Shown: in pieces, positions 1 through 14,351 of the stretch
How positions within the stretch are numbered: the first letter of the stretch is position 1
Layout of the letters: each line of letters opens with the position of its first letter
Origin: Octopus vulgaris
Lineage: Eukaryota
Assembly (NCBI GenBank): GCA_951406725.2
Contig: OX597825.1
Location: 73,036,001 to 73,100,000 of the forward strand
Direction of reading: 5' to 3'
Length of the DNA: 64,000 bases
Translations under genes and position numbers: made by a program
Notes under the pieces: generated by a model
The model's database searches: none
Seen by the model: only the letters and a program-made list of their open reading frames with translations
What the model was told of the DNA's origin: nothing

Positions 1-84
1 GCATGAAAAAGTAGATGTTAAAACAATGCTTATTTTATAATCTCATTCTAGGTTTATTCTCAACTCTGATGTTTATCTTTTCAG

Positions 85-170
85 CTACAGTACCTGAAGG
101 ATGCAGTAACTACATCTATAAGTCTTTGTCTCTCACCATTCTTTCCAGTTTCTCTGGACTACAAGAAGTG
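85..170 (+). CDS. NCDN: NCDN exon a (TVPEGCSNYIYKSLSLTILSSFSGLQEV)
   Basis: ttttcag acceptor, gtaagt donor at 171. Confidence 0.88.
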
Positions 171-371
171 GTAAGTCTCTGTTAGTGCTACTATATTATG
201 TGATTTTTTTTTTGTCCTGTTCCCCTAGGTCATACTGTGTGTATTGTTGGTATTTTTTGTCCTAATAGTTTAAAGTGCAAACTTCATGACTATAATTGTA
301 AATTTTATTCACCATTCAGTGAAAACCCCTTTTATATCTTAGAGATTCTCAGTGCTAAATTTGTAGATGGT

Positions 372-409
<38 letters not shown>

Positions 410-755
410 ATTGTTTCGTCTTGGTATGAAAGATGGGCTACAGCAAATATTCTGCTCAATACCACAGATTTGCTCAATGCTAAATTTGTAGATGATGATG
501 GTGATAATAATAATGATAATAATATAGGGACCTTTTGAGCGGGATGGGCTACTCGACCTGAAGAAGATTCCAACTGGCCCTCACTTGCAAGGTCATGTGT
601 TGTTTATCTTGATATGAGCTCACTATGTCACGCACATATGGTTGTGATTCATGTTCCTGGTGTACCCTTATCAGACGGGTAGTCATGATGGGTATATTGG
701 GCTTTGTATATTTTACTCCAGTGTCACTTTGATGGCATGCACTGCTCTCTCACTC

Positions 756-790
<35 letters not shown>

Positions 791-3700
791 TAATAATAAT
801 AACAACAAAAATGATAATAATAATGGTTTCAAATTTTGGCACTAGCAATTCCAGGGAGAAGAGTAAGTTTAATTGCATCAACCCTTGTGCTCAACTAAAA
901 CTTATTTTATCAACCCTGAAAGGATGAAAGACAAAGTTGACCGCAGCAGAATTTGAACTCAGAATGTAAAGATGGATAAAATGCCTGGCATGCTAACTTG
1001 TTGCCATTAATCCTTTCTACTCTAGGCACAAGGCTCGATATTTTGTGCGAGGGGTGGATAGTCGAGTACATCAACCCCCAGTGCTTAACTGGTACATATT
1101 TCATTGATCTTGATAGGGCAAAGGGCAAATTTAGCCTTGACAGAATTTGAACACAAAAATGCTTAGTAGCATTTTGTCTGACATGCTAATGATTCTCCCA
1201 GCTCACCACTTAATAATAATAATAATAATAATAATTTCTGACATAGGCACAAAGGTCAGAATTTTGTGGGGAATTGCAATCTCTGAAAGGTGAAGCCGAA
1301 CTCTTACGATTCTGAACCCTTGTATCTATGTATGTAAGATAAGAACTAATACAGGAATTACGTGAATGTCTTTTGTTACCATATATTTCTGTCTTTTAAT
1401 TCCAGAAGGAAGATCCTCGGATGTTGACCTCTGTCCCACTCATAATAGATGTCCTCGCCTCTTGTCTCAAGTAAGTGATGTATTTTGTTTTACTCACACA
1501 CCCAGTTTTCTTCCCCACTCACTCACTCAACCTCTCCAATACCCAGTTCACTTACTCAGAACCCCACCCCTTTCCTTTCACATTTTCATCTCTCTCTCTC
1601 TCTCTACCTCAGGCAATCAAGTTTCCACTCTAATGCATAATTCTGCTTTCTGTCCCTCAGTACTACAATCCCCACCTCAGTCGACGTGGGCCTTGTCTTG
1701 TAAGTTACTTGGTGGCCTCACTGATGTTGGTGTCACATAAAGAAAAAAACCATCCTATAGACAGTTTCGTGCCAGTAGCATATTGTGCTGGTGGTACATC
1801 ATGCCGGTGGCACGTAAAAGCACCCACAACACTTGGAGTGGTTGGCATTAGGAAGGGCATCCAGCTGTAGAAACTCTACCAGATCAGATTGGAGCTTGGT
1901 GCAGCCATCTGGTTCGCCAGTCCTCAGTCAAATCATCCAACCCATGCTAGCATGGAAAGCGGACGTTAAATGATGATGATGATGAGACTCTGTAAAGTGG
2001 TTGGCATTAGAAAGGGCATCCAGCCATAGAAGCCATGCCAAAGCAGATTGCAGGGTTTGATGCACCCCTCTGGTTTGCCAGCTCTTGTCAAACTGTCCAG
2101 CCCATATCAGCAAAGCATGGAAAACAGACATTAACCCTTTTGATATCAACCCGGCCAAAACCACCTCAGGCTCTGTAGTACAAATGTCTTGTACATTTCT
2201 GTTTACTTATTTCTCTACTACCCACAAGGGGCTAAACACAGAGGGGACAAACAAGGACAGACAAATGGATTAAGTTGATTACATCGACCCCAGTGCATAA
2301 CTGGTACTTATTTAATCGACCCCGAAAGGATGAAAGGCAAAGTCGGCTTCGGTGGAATTTGAACTCAGAACATAATGGCAGACGAAATACGGCTACGCAA
2401 TTCGCCCGGCCTACTTTGCCAACACCATCACCACCTTACTACATTTCTGTTTACCACCACTACCACCACCAACAACATGTCTTTCTCACCACCATGAACC
2501 ACACTTCTGTTTATCACCATCTATGGTGTATACACACATACATACACCAGATTTCCATACATGCTATCCTGTCAAATACTTTCTCCAAGTCAATAAAGGC
2601 CATAGAGTTATATATCTATTTCTGTATATATTCCATTGTAATTGTAATGGCAGACAAGTTTCATGTTATAAAATTTGTTTCCTGCAGTATCGAGCAAACA
2701 CAGGATGACAACGAACTGACAGAAGGAGAGTTCAAATCCATGGTTGATAGTTGCTACGACTGTTTAACAGCTGTTTGTATGACAGACAAAGGAAGGACGG
2801 CTTTAATCGACTCCAGATCTGTGTCTCAGTTGTGCACCTGCTACATACATGCAACATATGGTATAGTAGTGACAGTTTCAACTTTTATATATACAAGGTG
2901 GTATCGAAAAGTTCCCAGACTAGTTCTGTAGTGTGCCAACAGATGGCAGCACATGATTGTGTATGTGTGTAGTGGGAGCTATTTCGTTACTACCCACACG
3001 GGGCTAAACACAGAGAGGACAAACTAGGACAGACAAAGGGATTAAGTCGATTAGATCGACCCCAGTGTGTAACTGGTACTTATTTAATCGACTCCGAAAG
3101 GATGAAAGGCAAAGTCGACCTCGGTGGAATTTGAACTCAGAACGTAGTGGCATACGAAATACCACTAAGCATTTTGCCCGGCGTGCTAACGTTTCTGCCA
3201 GCTCGCCGCCTTTGTGTGTGTGCAGTGGGAACTAGCAGCGATCCATGCGAGGCAGTGTGATGTGAGACATCGCTGTGTTTACTTTGCATTTTGTGAGATT
3301 TGTGTTTTTGTGATCACGTGTGTGCTGGAGTCTGCGATTTTGTTATAGGTAGGAAGTTGGGACAAAGAGCCAACGGGAAATTTTGTGTTAAACTTGGGAA
3401 GTCTGCTATAGAGACAATGAACATGCTTCGGCATACTTACAGCAACAAGGCTGCTATGTCGCAATACTACTCAGTGGTTGTGTGAGCTACGAAATCCTCA
3501 TCACCACTGTTAGTCGCACGTTCGGATGCCTCTACTACTCAACCTTGACTCTCTACTGCTATCCTTGATGCCTAGACTTCTCCCTCTATATCTACGTATT
3601 GGGCTAGTCTACTTCATCGTCTGGGGGCGTCCACACAACAAAGGCAATAGGTTGTATGCAATGTTTTGAGTGGCATGGAGGCTTCAAAAGCAGAAGGACA

Positions 3701-6700
3701 TCTCTGGAAAACAATGAATGGCCTAGAAGATCTGCCATGAGCACCACCCCCAGAAATGTGGAGAAAATTCACCGGCTTGGGCATGAGGATCTTCAGGGGA
3801 CAATCAGTGACGTTACTGATGTTGTTGGTGTGTCATATGGGTCTGTGAGGGCAATCCTAATGTTTGGATTCTTCACGACACCAATGCACCCTATTACTGG
3901 GCTCTCTTCACTCGTGAGTTTCTTGCCAAAAACAACATAGTATCGCTTCTGCACCCGCCCTATTCACCAGATTTAGCACCTGCAGACTTCCATCTCTTCC
4001 CCAAGATGAAAATGCAGCTCAAAGGTCACCACCTTAGCACTGTCGTTGAGATCAAATGCAAATTGCAGAAGGTCCTCGACTCACAAAAGATGTCTTCCTG
4101 GCCGGATTCTAAAAGTGGAAGAAATGCCGGGACCGGTGTATTGTTGTGCAAGGTGACTATTTTGAAGGGGTTGATGTTAAAATTTAGCTAAATAAGTTAT
4201 TTTTTAATACAGATAACTAGTCCGGGAACTCTTCGATACCACCTCATAGATCTGTGGATATGTGTGTCTGTTTATGTGCCTTTATATCTGTGTATGTGTT
4301 TATCTGTGTGTGCCTCTATATCTGTGTCTCTGTGTGTCGTGATCATTGCCAGAGCGGCTAACTTGCATTAGTGCCGGTGGCACGTAAAAAGCACCATTCG
4401 AGCATGATCGTTACCAGTGTCGCCTTACTGGCACTTGTGTCGGTGTGCAGGTGACACGTAAAAATACACGATTTTTTTCGTGGCCGTTGCCAGTACTGCC
4501 TGATTGGCCCCATGCTGGTGGCACGTAAAAGCACCCTCTACACTCTCGGAGTGGTTGGCGTTAGGAAGGGCATCCAGCTGTAGAAACTCTGCCAGATCAG
4601 ACTGGAGCCTGGTGCAGCCATCTGGTTCGCCAGCCCTCAGTCAAATCGTCCAACCCATGCTAGCATGGAAAGCGGACGTTAAACAATGATGATGATGATG
4701 TTTCTATTTCTCTGTGGTATGTGTCTATGTCTGTGTGTGTGTGTGTGTGTGTATGTGTATATCTCTGTATATGTGTATGTGTTCTCTCCGTATGTGCTTC
4801 TATATTTGTGTGTGTATATACCTATATATCTGTATGTATCTTTTATCTTTTTATTATCCTTTTCTTGTTTCAGTCATTAGACTGTGGTCATGCTGGAACA
4901 TCACTTTGAATTTTTAGTTGAATGAATCGAACCCTGGTATTTCTTTCTTTTTAAGCCTAGTACTTATTCTATTGGTCTCTTTTTCCGAACCGCTAAGTTA
5001 TGGGGACTCAAACACATCAACAGCAGTTGTCAAGTGGTTTTTGGGGGACAAATACAGACACAAAGACACACACATACAGATGTATATACCTATATATATA
5101 TGTGCCCAGTGCCACTGTATCATTGCTCTCTGTCCCCGACCTGTGCATTCTACCTGTGTATCTCACTCTATTATTGCCATCTACTAGCTCCTGACCTGGG
5201 TGTTCCACCCACATGTAACAAGCAAACTTTTCCCTCACCCTACCCCAACAAACCAATTTACATCTCTTCTCTTTCTCGAATTTCCTCCTCCATTAACTAA
5301 TGCTTAGCTCTCATTCCTTGCCTAGCTCTCACTCCCCAATCCTGTCCTCACACCCCTGTTCCTCTGTATCATTGTTATCCAGTAGCCCCTCCAACTCTAT
5401 ATATGCCCAAGTCTTTTGCCACTTACTCGCACTCCCTTTGCAATATCCTGTTCCTTATGACATTTGAACCCCAAGGGTATACCCTTGCACTTGCCACTAT
5501 CTATATCTTTCTCTTCCTTTACTTAACCATCTCATTTATACTGCTTTTGAGCATGCTGAGTATTTGTTCACCATCTCCATCTTGCGGTCTCCCACTCTCA
5601 TTCTCTCTCCTTTTCCTGCACTTCCCTCAAGCTGGGTAACCGTGTATTTTCTTTGCAGTAGCACACCTGTTTCTGTCTTCAGCCAGGTAACCTTGTACTT
5701 CCTTTTCAGCAAGACACCTATATCTGTCTCACTATAACCTTTTCATCATCGCCTCCTCCAATGCCTCCTCCCCTCTTAGAAGTTTTTGTCTTGCAAGTAC
5801 TTGGTGACCCTGACAGTGCAGGTGCCACTTAAAAGTACCCAGTCCACACTGTAGAGTGGTTGGTGTTTGGAAGGGCAATCAGCTGTAAAGATCTTGTCAA
5901 AACTGACCTCACCTGTGCTTGTGCCACATAAAAGCACTAAGTCCACTCTGCAGAGTGGTTGATGTTAGGAAGGGCATCCAGCTGTAAAAATCCTGTGAAA
6001 ACAGTCACAGAAGTCTGGGGCAGGCTTAGGCCTGGCCAACTCTTGTGGTACTGTCCCACCCATGTCAGCATAGAAGACGGATATTAAATGATGATGATAT
6101 ACGACATACAGACACAGACATGTACACAAAGACAGACACACATACACAGAAAAGCACATACATACAAATAGAGAGGCATACACATAGACGCATACACATA
6201 CATGTGAGCAGGTTGTTTAGCTTAATCGTAGAATACTCAGCTGGTATGTGAGGGGTACAGGTTTAACTTCCATAGCTGCCTGCTGGTAACATTTTATAGG
6301 CACAGCTGTAGCTGTGTGGTAGGAAGCTTGTTTTCCAACAACATGGTTCTGGGTTTAGTCCTATTGCATGGCATCTTGGGAAATTGTCCTCTATTATAGC
6401 CTCAAGCTGAGCAAAGCCTTATGAGTGGATTTGGTAGATGGAAACTGAAAGAAGCCCATCATATATATGTGTGTGTATTTGTGTTTGTCCCTCCATTGGC
6501 ACTTGATAAAAGAGACCGAAAGAATAAGTACTAGGCTTAAAAAATAAGTTTCGGAGTTGATTTGTTCAACTAAAAACCCCTCAAGGCAGTGCTCCATCAT
6601 GGCCACAGTCAAATGGCTGAAACAAATAAAAGAATCAATGATTATGGCTAATAACTCTAATAGATTTGTTCTTAAAAATTTATTTCAAAACATTTTTGAT

Positions 6701-9700
6701 TGCTTTCCTTGTACAGGTAACAACCGAGCTTTGGCTATAATCCGGCAGCTTATCTCAACAAATGGTGCTGAAGTTTGGACAAAGAATATGAAAGGTCTCC
6801 AAGAGTTACTGGGTTATTTAGGAGAGAATTTCTCCCGCTCAAAAGTAAGTCAAAGCAAATATATGTAAGTGTATGTGTGTGTACCTTTTGTCTTGACATC
6901 ATGTGATGGTTGTAAACGAGCATTACCATCACACAAGTGGTGTTATTTCCAGTCTTCCATGAAGAATAAGCTTGGCTGTGGTGAAATATTATTTTGCTTA
7001 GGAACAGACGAGGGTTGGTGACAGTAAGGGCATCCAGCCATAAAAAATCTGCTTCAATAAACTATGTCTGGTTCATACAAGCATGGAGAAGTGTTTGTTA
7101 AATGATGATATAATGGGCTTCTTTCAGTTTCCATCTACCAAATCTTCTTGTGATACTTTCATCAGCTTGGGACTATTGTAGAAGACACTTGAACAAAGTG
7201 CCATGGAGCAGGACTTAGCCTGATGGCACTCCATGTGCCATCTTTGATGGACCAACGATTTTCTCTGCCTTAAGCCTTGAGTGTTCAAATGTAATGCTTT
7301 TTTTATTCAGACTAGCTTCTGGCTCTTTATGTTCTGAATTCAAATGCATCTAAGGTTAATTTTTCCCTTTCACCTGAGGTGATGGGTTGGTAGGGTGTCA
7401 TCATCATCATCCCTTAATGTCCGCTTTCCATGCTAGCATGGGTTGGATGATTTGACTGACGTCTGGTGTACCAGATGGCTGCACCAGACTCCAATCTGAT
7501 CTGGCAGAGTTTCTACAGCTGGATGCCCTTCCTAATGCCAACCACTCCGAGAGTGTAGTGGGTGCTTTTACATGCCACCGGCATGAGGGCCAGTTTGGTG
7601 GTACTAGCAATGACCACGCCCAAATGGTGATTTTTACATGCCACCGGCACGAGGGCCAGTCAGGCGGTATTGGCTGCAGCCACGCTCAAATGGTGGTTTT
7701 TATATGCCACCTGCACAGGAGCCAGTCCAGCGGCACTGGCAACAACTGCGCTCAAATGTTTTTTCATGTGCCACCAGCACAAGTGCCAGTAAGGCGACAC
7801 AGATAATGATCACGCTCGAATGGTGCTTTTTATATGCCATCAGCATGGAGGCCAGCTTGTTGCTCTGACAACGATCTCACTCGTATGGTACTCTTAGCGC
7901 TCCACTAGCACAGATGTCAGTCATCGAATTTGATTTCGATTTCACTTGCCTCAAAAGGTCTTCAATAAAACAATGTCGAGTACTGGGGTTGATGCCATTG
8001 ACTGTCCCCTCCCCTCAAAACTACTGACCCTGTACTAAAAATTAGAAAGAATTCTAATTGTTGTTAAAAGCAATTTTTAAAATTTAATGAAATTAAATTA
8101 TTATTATTATTTTTTTGCAGGAACTTGAAAAATTCCATTTTTGTGATATTCTTGCCAGTGTATTCACCAGTGTCTCAAAGGTTTGTATTATGGATTGTGG
8201 TTTTCCTTCTCAATATTTCTAAAACCATTTTGTTAGAATAATAATCACAGTTGTTATGATTGTGAGTTAGCTTGTAGATTAGCAAAATATATCTTTGTGG
8301 GGAGGTGACAATACTTTAGGGCCGGAGTTTCCAACCTGGTTTTTTTTTTTGCAACACAAACTGGTTTCATGGAAGATAATTTTTCTATGGATCTGGCGTG
8401 TGCATAACAAAACACAATAAAGAACATCATTATCATCATCATCATTTAATGCCCCCTTTCTCTATGCTGGCATGGGTTGGATGGTTTGATAGACGCTAAC
8501 GAGCCAGAGGACTGCGCTGGGTTTTAATGCCTGCTTTGGCATGGCTTCTACAGCTGGATACCCTTCTTAATGCCAACCTCTTAGAGTGTTTTGGGTGCAT
8601 TCATCATCATCAATGCGGTGAGCTGGCAGAAACGTTAGCACACCGGATTTCCCCATGACCAGACATGTTTTCCTGGATGACTGGAAACAAAGGACACTAT
8701 TTGTATGGTACTGCTGCTTGTTTATAGCTACCACACAATGTCAAAACAAGGAGATGTAGGTTCTAATCCCATGGGCAGCCTTTGATTTTTTAAAAATCTA
8801 AAACAGATTTCTGACTCAATATTTACATGCTATTATTTATAGCTTTATTTGCTTCAAGATCCACCGTCCCCCTCAAAAGATCTATTTCATGTTCTCTTGA
8901 AGTTTATTAATTTCTTATGACATCAACAACATACAATTTTCATTGGTAAGAATAGAATTTCTAAAATAGAAAAATTTGAAGAATTGCTTTGGTCTAATGG
9001 TAGAACATCTGTCATGTCTACAGTGGGAGGTGGGTTCAAATCCTATAGGCTGCCTACAACTTTTTTATCCAAAAGAGTTTTTTTAACCTAATTCTTCTAA
9101 TAATTACATGCTGTTGTTTATAGCTCTATCTGCTTTGAGATTCACCATTCCAAAAAAAGAAATTATATTGTTATTGTTGTTTAGGACCAGATTCCAGCAG
9201 GTAACTTCAGTTGGCAGAAAAATATTCCCCAAGGAATTATGGATTTGATTAAGTCACGTCTAGGTTTGTAAACCATTTTCCCCACTTTTAATCTTTTAAC
9301 GCTAAAAGTATTTTTTACCATAAATGTAATGATGTTCCTGTTATACAACCACAACATTGATTTTCCAGGAGATTTATCTCCAAAGCCTTTCCAAACAAGT
9401 GGTGGTCATTTTGGTCAACACACACTAAATTAAACAAATATTAAATTTACATAAATAATCAAATGAAATACAAGTACATCATCATCATCATTTAACGTCC
9501 GTTTTCCATGCTAGCATGGGTTGGACGGTTCGACCGGGGTTTGGGAAGCCAGGAGGCTGCATCAGGCTCCAGTCTGATCTGGCAGTGTTTCTACAGCTGG
9601 ATGCCCCTTCCTAACACCAACCACTCCGTGAGTGTAGTGGGTGCTTTTTATGTGCCACTGGCACAGGTGCCAGGGGAGGCTGGCAGTAGCCACGATCGGT

Positions 9701-12700
9701 TGGTGCTTTTTGTGGTTCCCAAAAGTTTTCAGGCTGCCACCCGCTTTGACACCCAGACCACTTTTCTAGTGGCCCCACCCCAATTAACCATCACAAACAT
9801 AGATCTCTTTCTGATGCAAATTCAAAGCAACTGTATTTCACAAATAAAACCTAATCTACTGAACCCTTTATTTTGTTGTTTTTACATGAATCACTACTGA
9901 ACTTGAAGCCACACTCTAATCATTGGTTGGAAAATATGGCTCTCCATGGTCGCTTGATATGCTAGAAATAACAGCCATACATCCCGAGTATCATATACTT
10001 GCATCTCAGTTTAAAAAAAAAATTTTTTGGTAAGCGTTACTAAATTATTTTCCTATATTTGCAGAACAGAAGCAAAGGGAATCAGTCTTAATGCTAATCT
10101 CTGTGATTGTTGAGAACTTAGGACCAGAATTTTTGCTGCCCCCAAATCTCCCTGATGCAAAACCATTTCTTTTAGCCATTAACCTGAATTCTGTGGAAGT
10201 CGGAATGATCATTCCATTTTCTCCTTTGGGACAGGTAAATATAGTTAACATTTTGACTCTTTCCTTTTCGATATAGAATGATGGGAAATAGGGGCCAGTG
10301 AAGGATGAAAGTGAGAGGGGTGAGGGAAATGAATATGGAAGGAAGGAAAGTAAGAGTGAAAACTGAGGAAGATACAATTGAAGATGATGGAAAATGTGAT
10401 GAGGATGACAAGGGAGTTGATAATAAGAGGGGATGTAGAGAATAGAGTAGATGGGAAATAAGGGCCAGCGATGAATGTTGTGAAGAGAAATGGGATGAAA
10501 TGGTTGTGTCATATGCTAAGGAAGAATGAAAGTGACAGAGTGAAGAGTAAGGCGAAGAGGGAGAGAGAAAGGGGAAGAGTGCTGTGTATTAAGTCTATAA
10601 AATTGTGCATGAAGTATATAAAGTTCATTAAGTAATCATTAAATCATTGTATTCCAATTTCCTTCACTTTTCAATGATTAGCAGGAGTGGCTGTGTGGTA
10701 GGTGTAGGCATGGCTGTGTGGTAGGTGTAGGCATGGCTGTGTGGTAGGTGTAGGCATGGCTGTGTGGTAGGTGTAGGCATGGCTGTGTGGTAGGTGTAGG
10801 CATGGCTGTGTGGTAGGTGTAGGCATGGCTGTGTGGTAGGTGTAGGCATGGCTGTGTGGTAGGTGTAGGCATGGCTGTGTAGTAGGTGTAGGCATGGCTG
10901 TATGGTAAGTAAGTAGCTTGCTTACCAACCACATAGTTCCGAGTTCAGTCCCACTGCGTGGCACCTTGGGCAAGTGTCTTTTACTATAGCCTCGAGCCGA
11001 CCGGAAACTGAAAGAAGCCCGTCGTATATATGTTTGTGTGTCTGTGTTTGTCCCCCTCCAACATCACTTGGCAACCGATGTCCCCGTAACTTAGCGGTTT
11101 GACAAAAGAGACCGATAGAATAAGTACTAGGCTTCCAAAGAATAAGTCCTGGGTCGATTTGCTCGACTAAAGGCGGTGCTCCAGCATGGCTGCAGTCAAA
11201 CGACTGAAACGAGTAAAAGAGAGATGAGCAACCCTCTTTTGACATAGACACAACACAGGCTACGCTTTCAGGATTTTTTGGATAAAGTTTTCAGATATAA
11301 CCCAATAAGTTTACCATTAATCCCGTGAAATATTCATGGGTCCCACCAGTTTACCATTATGCCACTTTATTCACCTTCCTGTAGCTCTGGGTATGCTCTG
11401 ACACATCCTCACCATCACATTCTTTCTTTTCCATCTGGGGTAACTGTATATCTCTCTGCAGCAAGACACCTACTCCTATCCCTCTAACCTACTTTAGCTC
11501 CTTGTTGCCTAGCATAAAGCCAACTCCCTAAATGCTACACCTGTTTCAGTCAAGGAGTTCTTGTTTGGCAAGTTACTTGATATCTTCACTAGTGCTGGTG
11601 CCATGTAAAAAGCATCCAGTACACTTTGCAAAGTGATTGACATTAGTTGACATAGTTGTAAGTGAGTGTCACCATCATGCTAGCAGTGTCCTTCATTTCC
11701 AAACTTCCATCAAAAGAAAACATGTTCAGCCATGCAGAAAATATTACTCTGCTTGGAAACAAGTAAAGGTTGGTGACAGGAAGGGCATCCTGCCATAGAA
11801 AATCTGCCTCAATAACCTTCGTCCAACCTATGCAAGCATGGAAAAAGATGTTAAAACGATGATGATGATATTTTAAAGTATGTTTAATGCTGTTTCTTAA
11901 TTACTATTCTAGGTTCGTGAGAAATCAAACCAGTTGTCAGCTTATTTCAGTCTTATTGAGAACACCATCAAATTTCTGGTGAGCAGTGAAGACGGACCAC
12001 CATTTGACCCAAGCCAAATAATTCAACTCTATTCCATCCTCACAGAGACCCTGAAGTGTGTGATCCTTTTCCTGCAGGAGATAACTAAATCTTTACAGTC
12101 AATCCAGGTGTGTATATAAATAATCATATAAATGTATACATATATATACATATATATATCTATTTCTTTACTACCCACAAGGGGCTAAACACAGAGGGGA
12201 CAAACAAGGACAGACAAACCAGTGCATAACTGGTACTTAATTTATCAACCCCGAAAGGATGAAAGGCAAAGTCGACCTCGGTGGAATTTGAACTCAGAAC
12301 ATAACAGCAGACGAAATATGGCTATGCATTCGCCTGGCATGCTAACGTTTCTGCCAGCTTGCCGCCTTGATATATACATATATATATCATCATCATCATT
12401 GTTTAATGTCTGTTTTCCATACTAGCATTGGTTGGACGGTTTGACCGGAGTCTGGAAAGCCAGGAGGCTGCACCAGGTTCTAGTCTGATCTGGCAGTGTT
12501 TCTACAGCTGGATGCCCTTCCTAACGCTAAATGCCTCATGAGTGTAGTGGGTGCTTTTTATGTGCCACCAGCACAGGGGCCAGAGGAAGCTGGCAATGGC
12601 CACGATTGGTTGGTGCTTTTTATGTGCCACCGGCACGGATGCCAGTCAAGGTGGAGCTGGCATTGGCCACACTTGGATAGTGCTTTTTATGTGCCACTGG

Positions 12701-14313
12701 CAAGGGTATAACAACTACAATTTCCATTTGATTTTTATTTTGATGTTGATGTACTTGACTCAATAGGTTTCCTCAAACACAGCAGGTCACCCTACAATCC
12801 AAGGTAAGCACAGCAGGCCATCCTGTGAGCCATGAACTCCATTTGTCAGGTCTTCGCAGTCAAAGTATATCTCCAGAGGTCTCGGTCTTTCATCATTGCC
12901 TCTGTGAGACCCAACGTTCAAAGGTCATGCTTGACCACCTCATCCCATGTCTTCCTGGGTCTACCTCTACCCCGGATTCCTTCACCTGTTTGGGTGTGAT
13001 ACTTCTGCACACATCTCTCCTCATCCATCCGTAGTACATGACCATATCAAGGCAAACGTCTCTCCTGCATGCCACATCCGATGCTTCATATGTCCAACAT
13101 CATCCTCAGGGTGCTTACACTCTGTCGAGCGTGCACACTGACATTACACATCCAGTGGATCATGCTAGTCCATTTCTTTATATACTCTTTACTCTTACTC
13201 TTTTACTTGTTTCAGTCATTTGACTGCGGCCATGCTGGAGCACCGCCTTTAGTCGAGCAAATCGACCCTGGGACTTATTCTTTGTAAGCCCAGTACTTAT
13301 TCTATCGGTCTCTTTTGCCGAACCGCTAAGTGATGGGGACGTAAATACACCAGCATCGGTTGTCAAGCAATGCTAGGGGGACAAATACAGACACACAAAC
13401 ATACACACACACACACACATATATACACATATACGACAGGCTTCTTTCAGTTTCCGTGTGCCAAATCCACTCACAAGGCTTTGGTCGGCCCGAGGCTATA
13501 GCAGAAGACACTTGCCCAAGGTTCCATGCAGTGGGACTGGACCCGGAACCATGTGGTGGGTAAGCAAGCTACTTACCACGCAGCCACTTCTGCGCCTATT
13601 TATATAAGAAAACCCATCAAGCCAAGTGAAGCCATAGCTATGGTTGTTGGTGTCAGGTAACTGGCACCCATGCTACTGGCATGCAAAACCATTAATTATT
13701 TCCCTTGGATTATATTTCTCTGCCTTTGACATTCAAATTTCCATTGTTCAGAAAACTGAGATTGAGCTTGATTTACATAGCAAACAGTGTATGCTGCTTA
13801 TTAAGGCTAAAATACATGTCATCATCATTCTCATCGTTTTAAGATTCAAAATTCAAATCCTATTTGAAAGGAATGAGATTTCAAAACGGAGGAAATACCA
13901 GAGAATGCAATGATGCAGTTGGTTGCTGTCCCAAATAGGTGAGTTCCAGGAATGCTTCCATCAAAGGCTGGATAAAAAATACGGGTGCAGAATGGGACTA
14001 CTTCAATGGAGAGCAAATGCTGAATTGATATGTGTTGTAATTTTCTTTTTATTCTACCGGTTCCTATACTTTTTGATCAAACTTTGTATATATATATATG
14101 TATATTTGACATTGCAGGCCACTGACCCTCTGCTGCAAGCTTGCATCCGATTGGTCGGTGTGTGGATGAAAGAAGACAGTGAAGCTCTCTGTGATGAAAT
14201 CCATGATCTGGTGCCAATGTTGCTGACATTTAGGTAGAAATCTATTTTATCGTTGCTGCCTCACAGCCTTGGCTTTGTTATCTCCTTCTGTCTAATATAC
14301 ATATATATATATG

Positions 14314-14351
<38 letters not shown>

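Noticed and set aside
2275-2931. 218-aa ORF as a single-exon gene
   Set aside because: Only 2688-2860 is an NCDN exon; the rest is SINE and intron read-through.
5655-5685. CTGAAGA-CA-GAAAC on the - strand as a hammerhead
   Set aside because: No stem II, no NUH triplet and no stem I pairing.
7560-7870. Regularly spaced repeats of about 62 bp resembling a CRISPR array (also near 4340-4540, 12540-12700, 44780-44940)
   Set aside because: Spacers are mutually similar, the block is the internal tandem region of SINE family C, and there are no cas genes in this eukaryotic context.
10681-10910. 23-bp array as CRISPR or coding repeat
   Set aside because: No spacers; the unit is the SINE A head.
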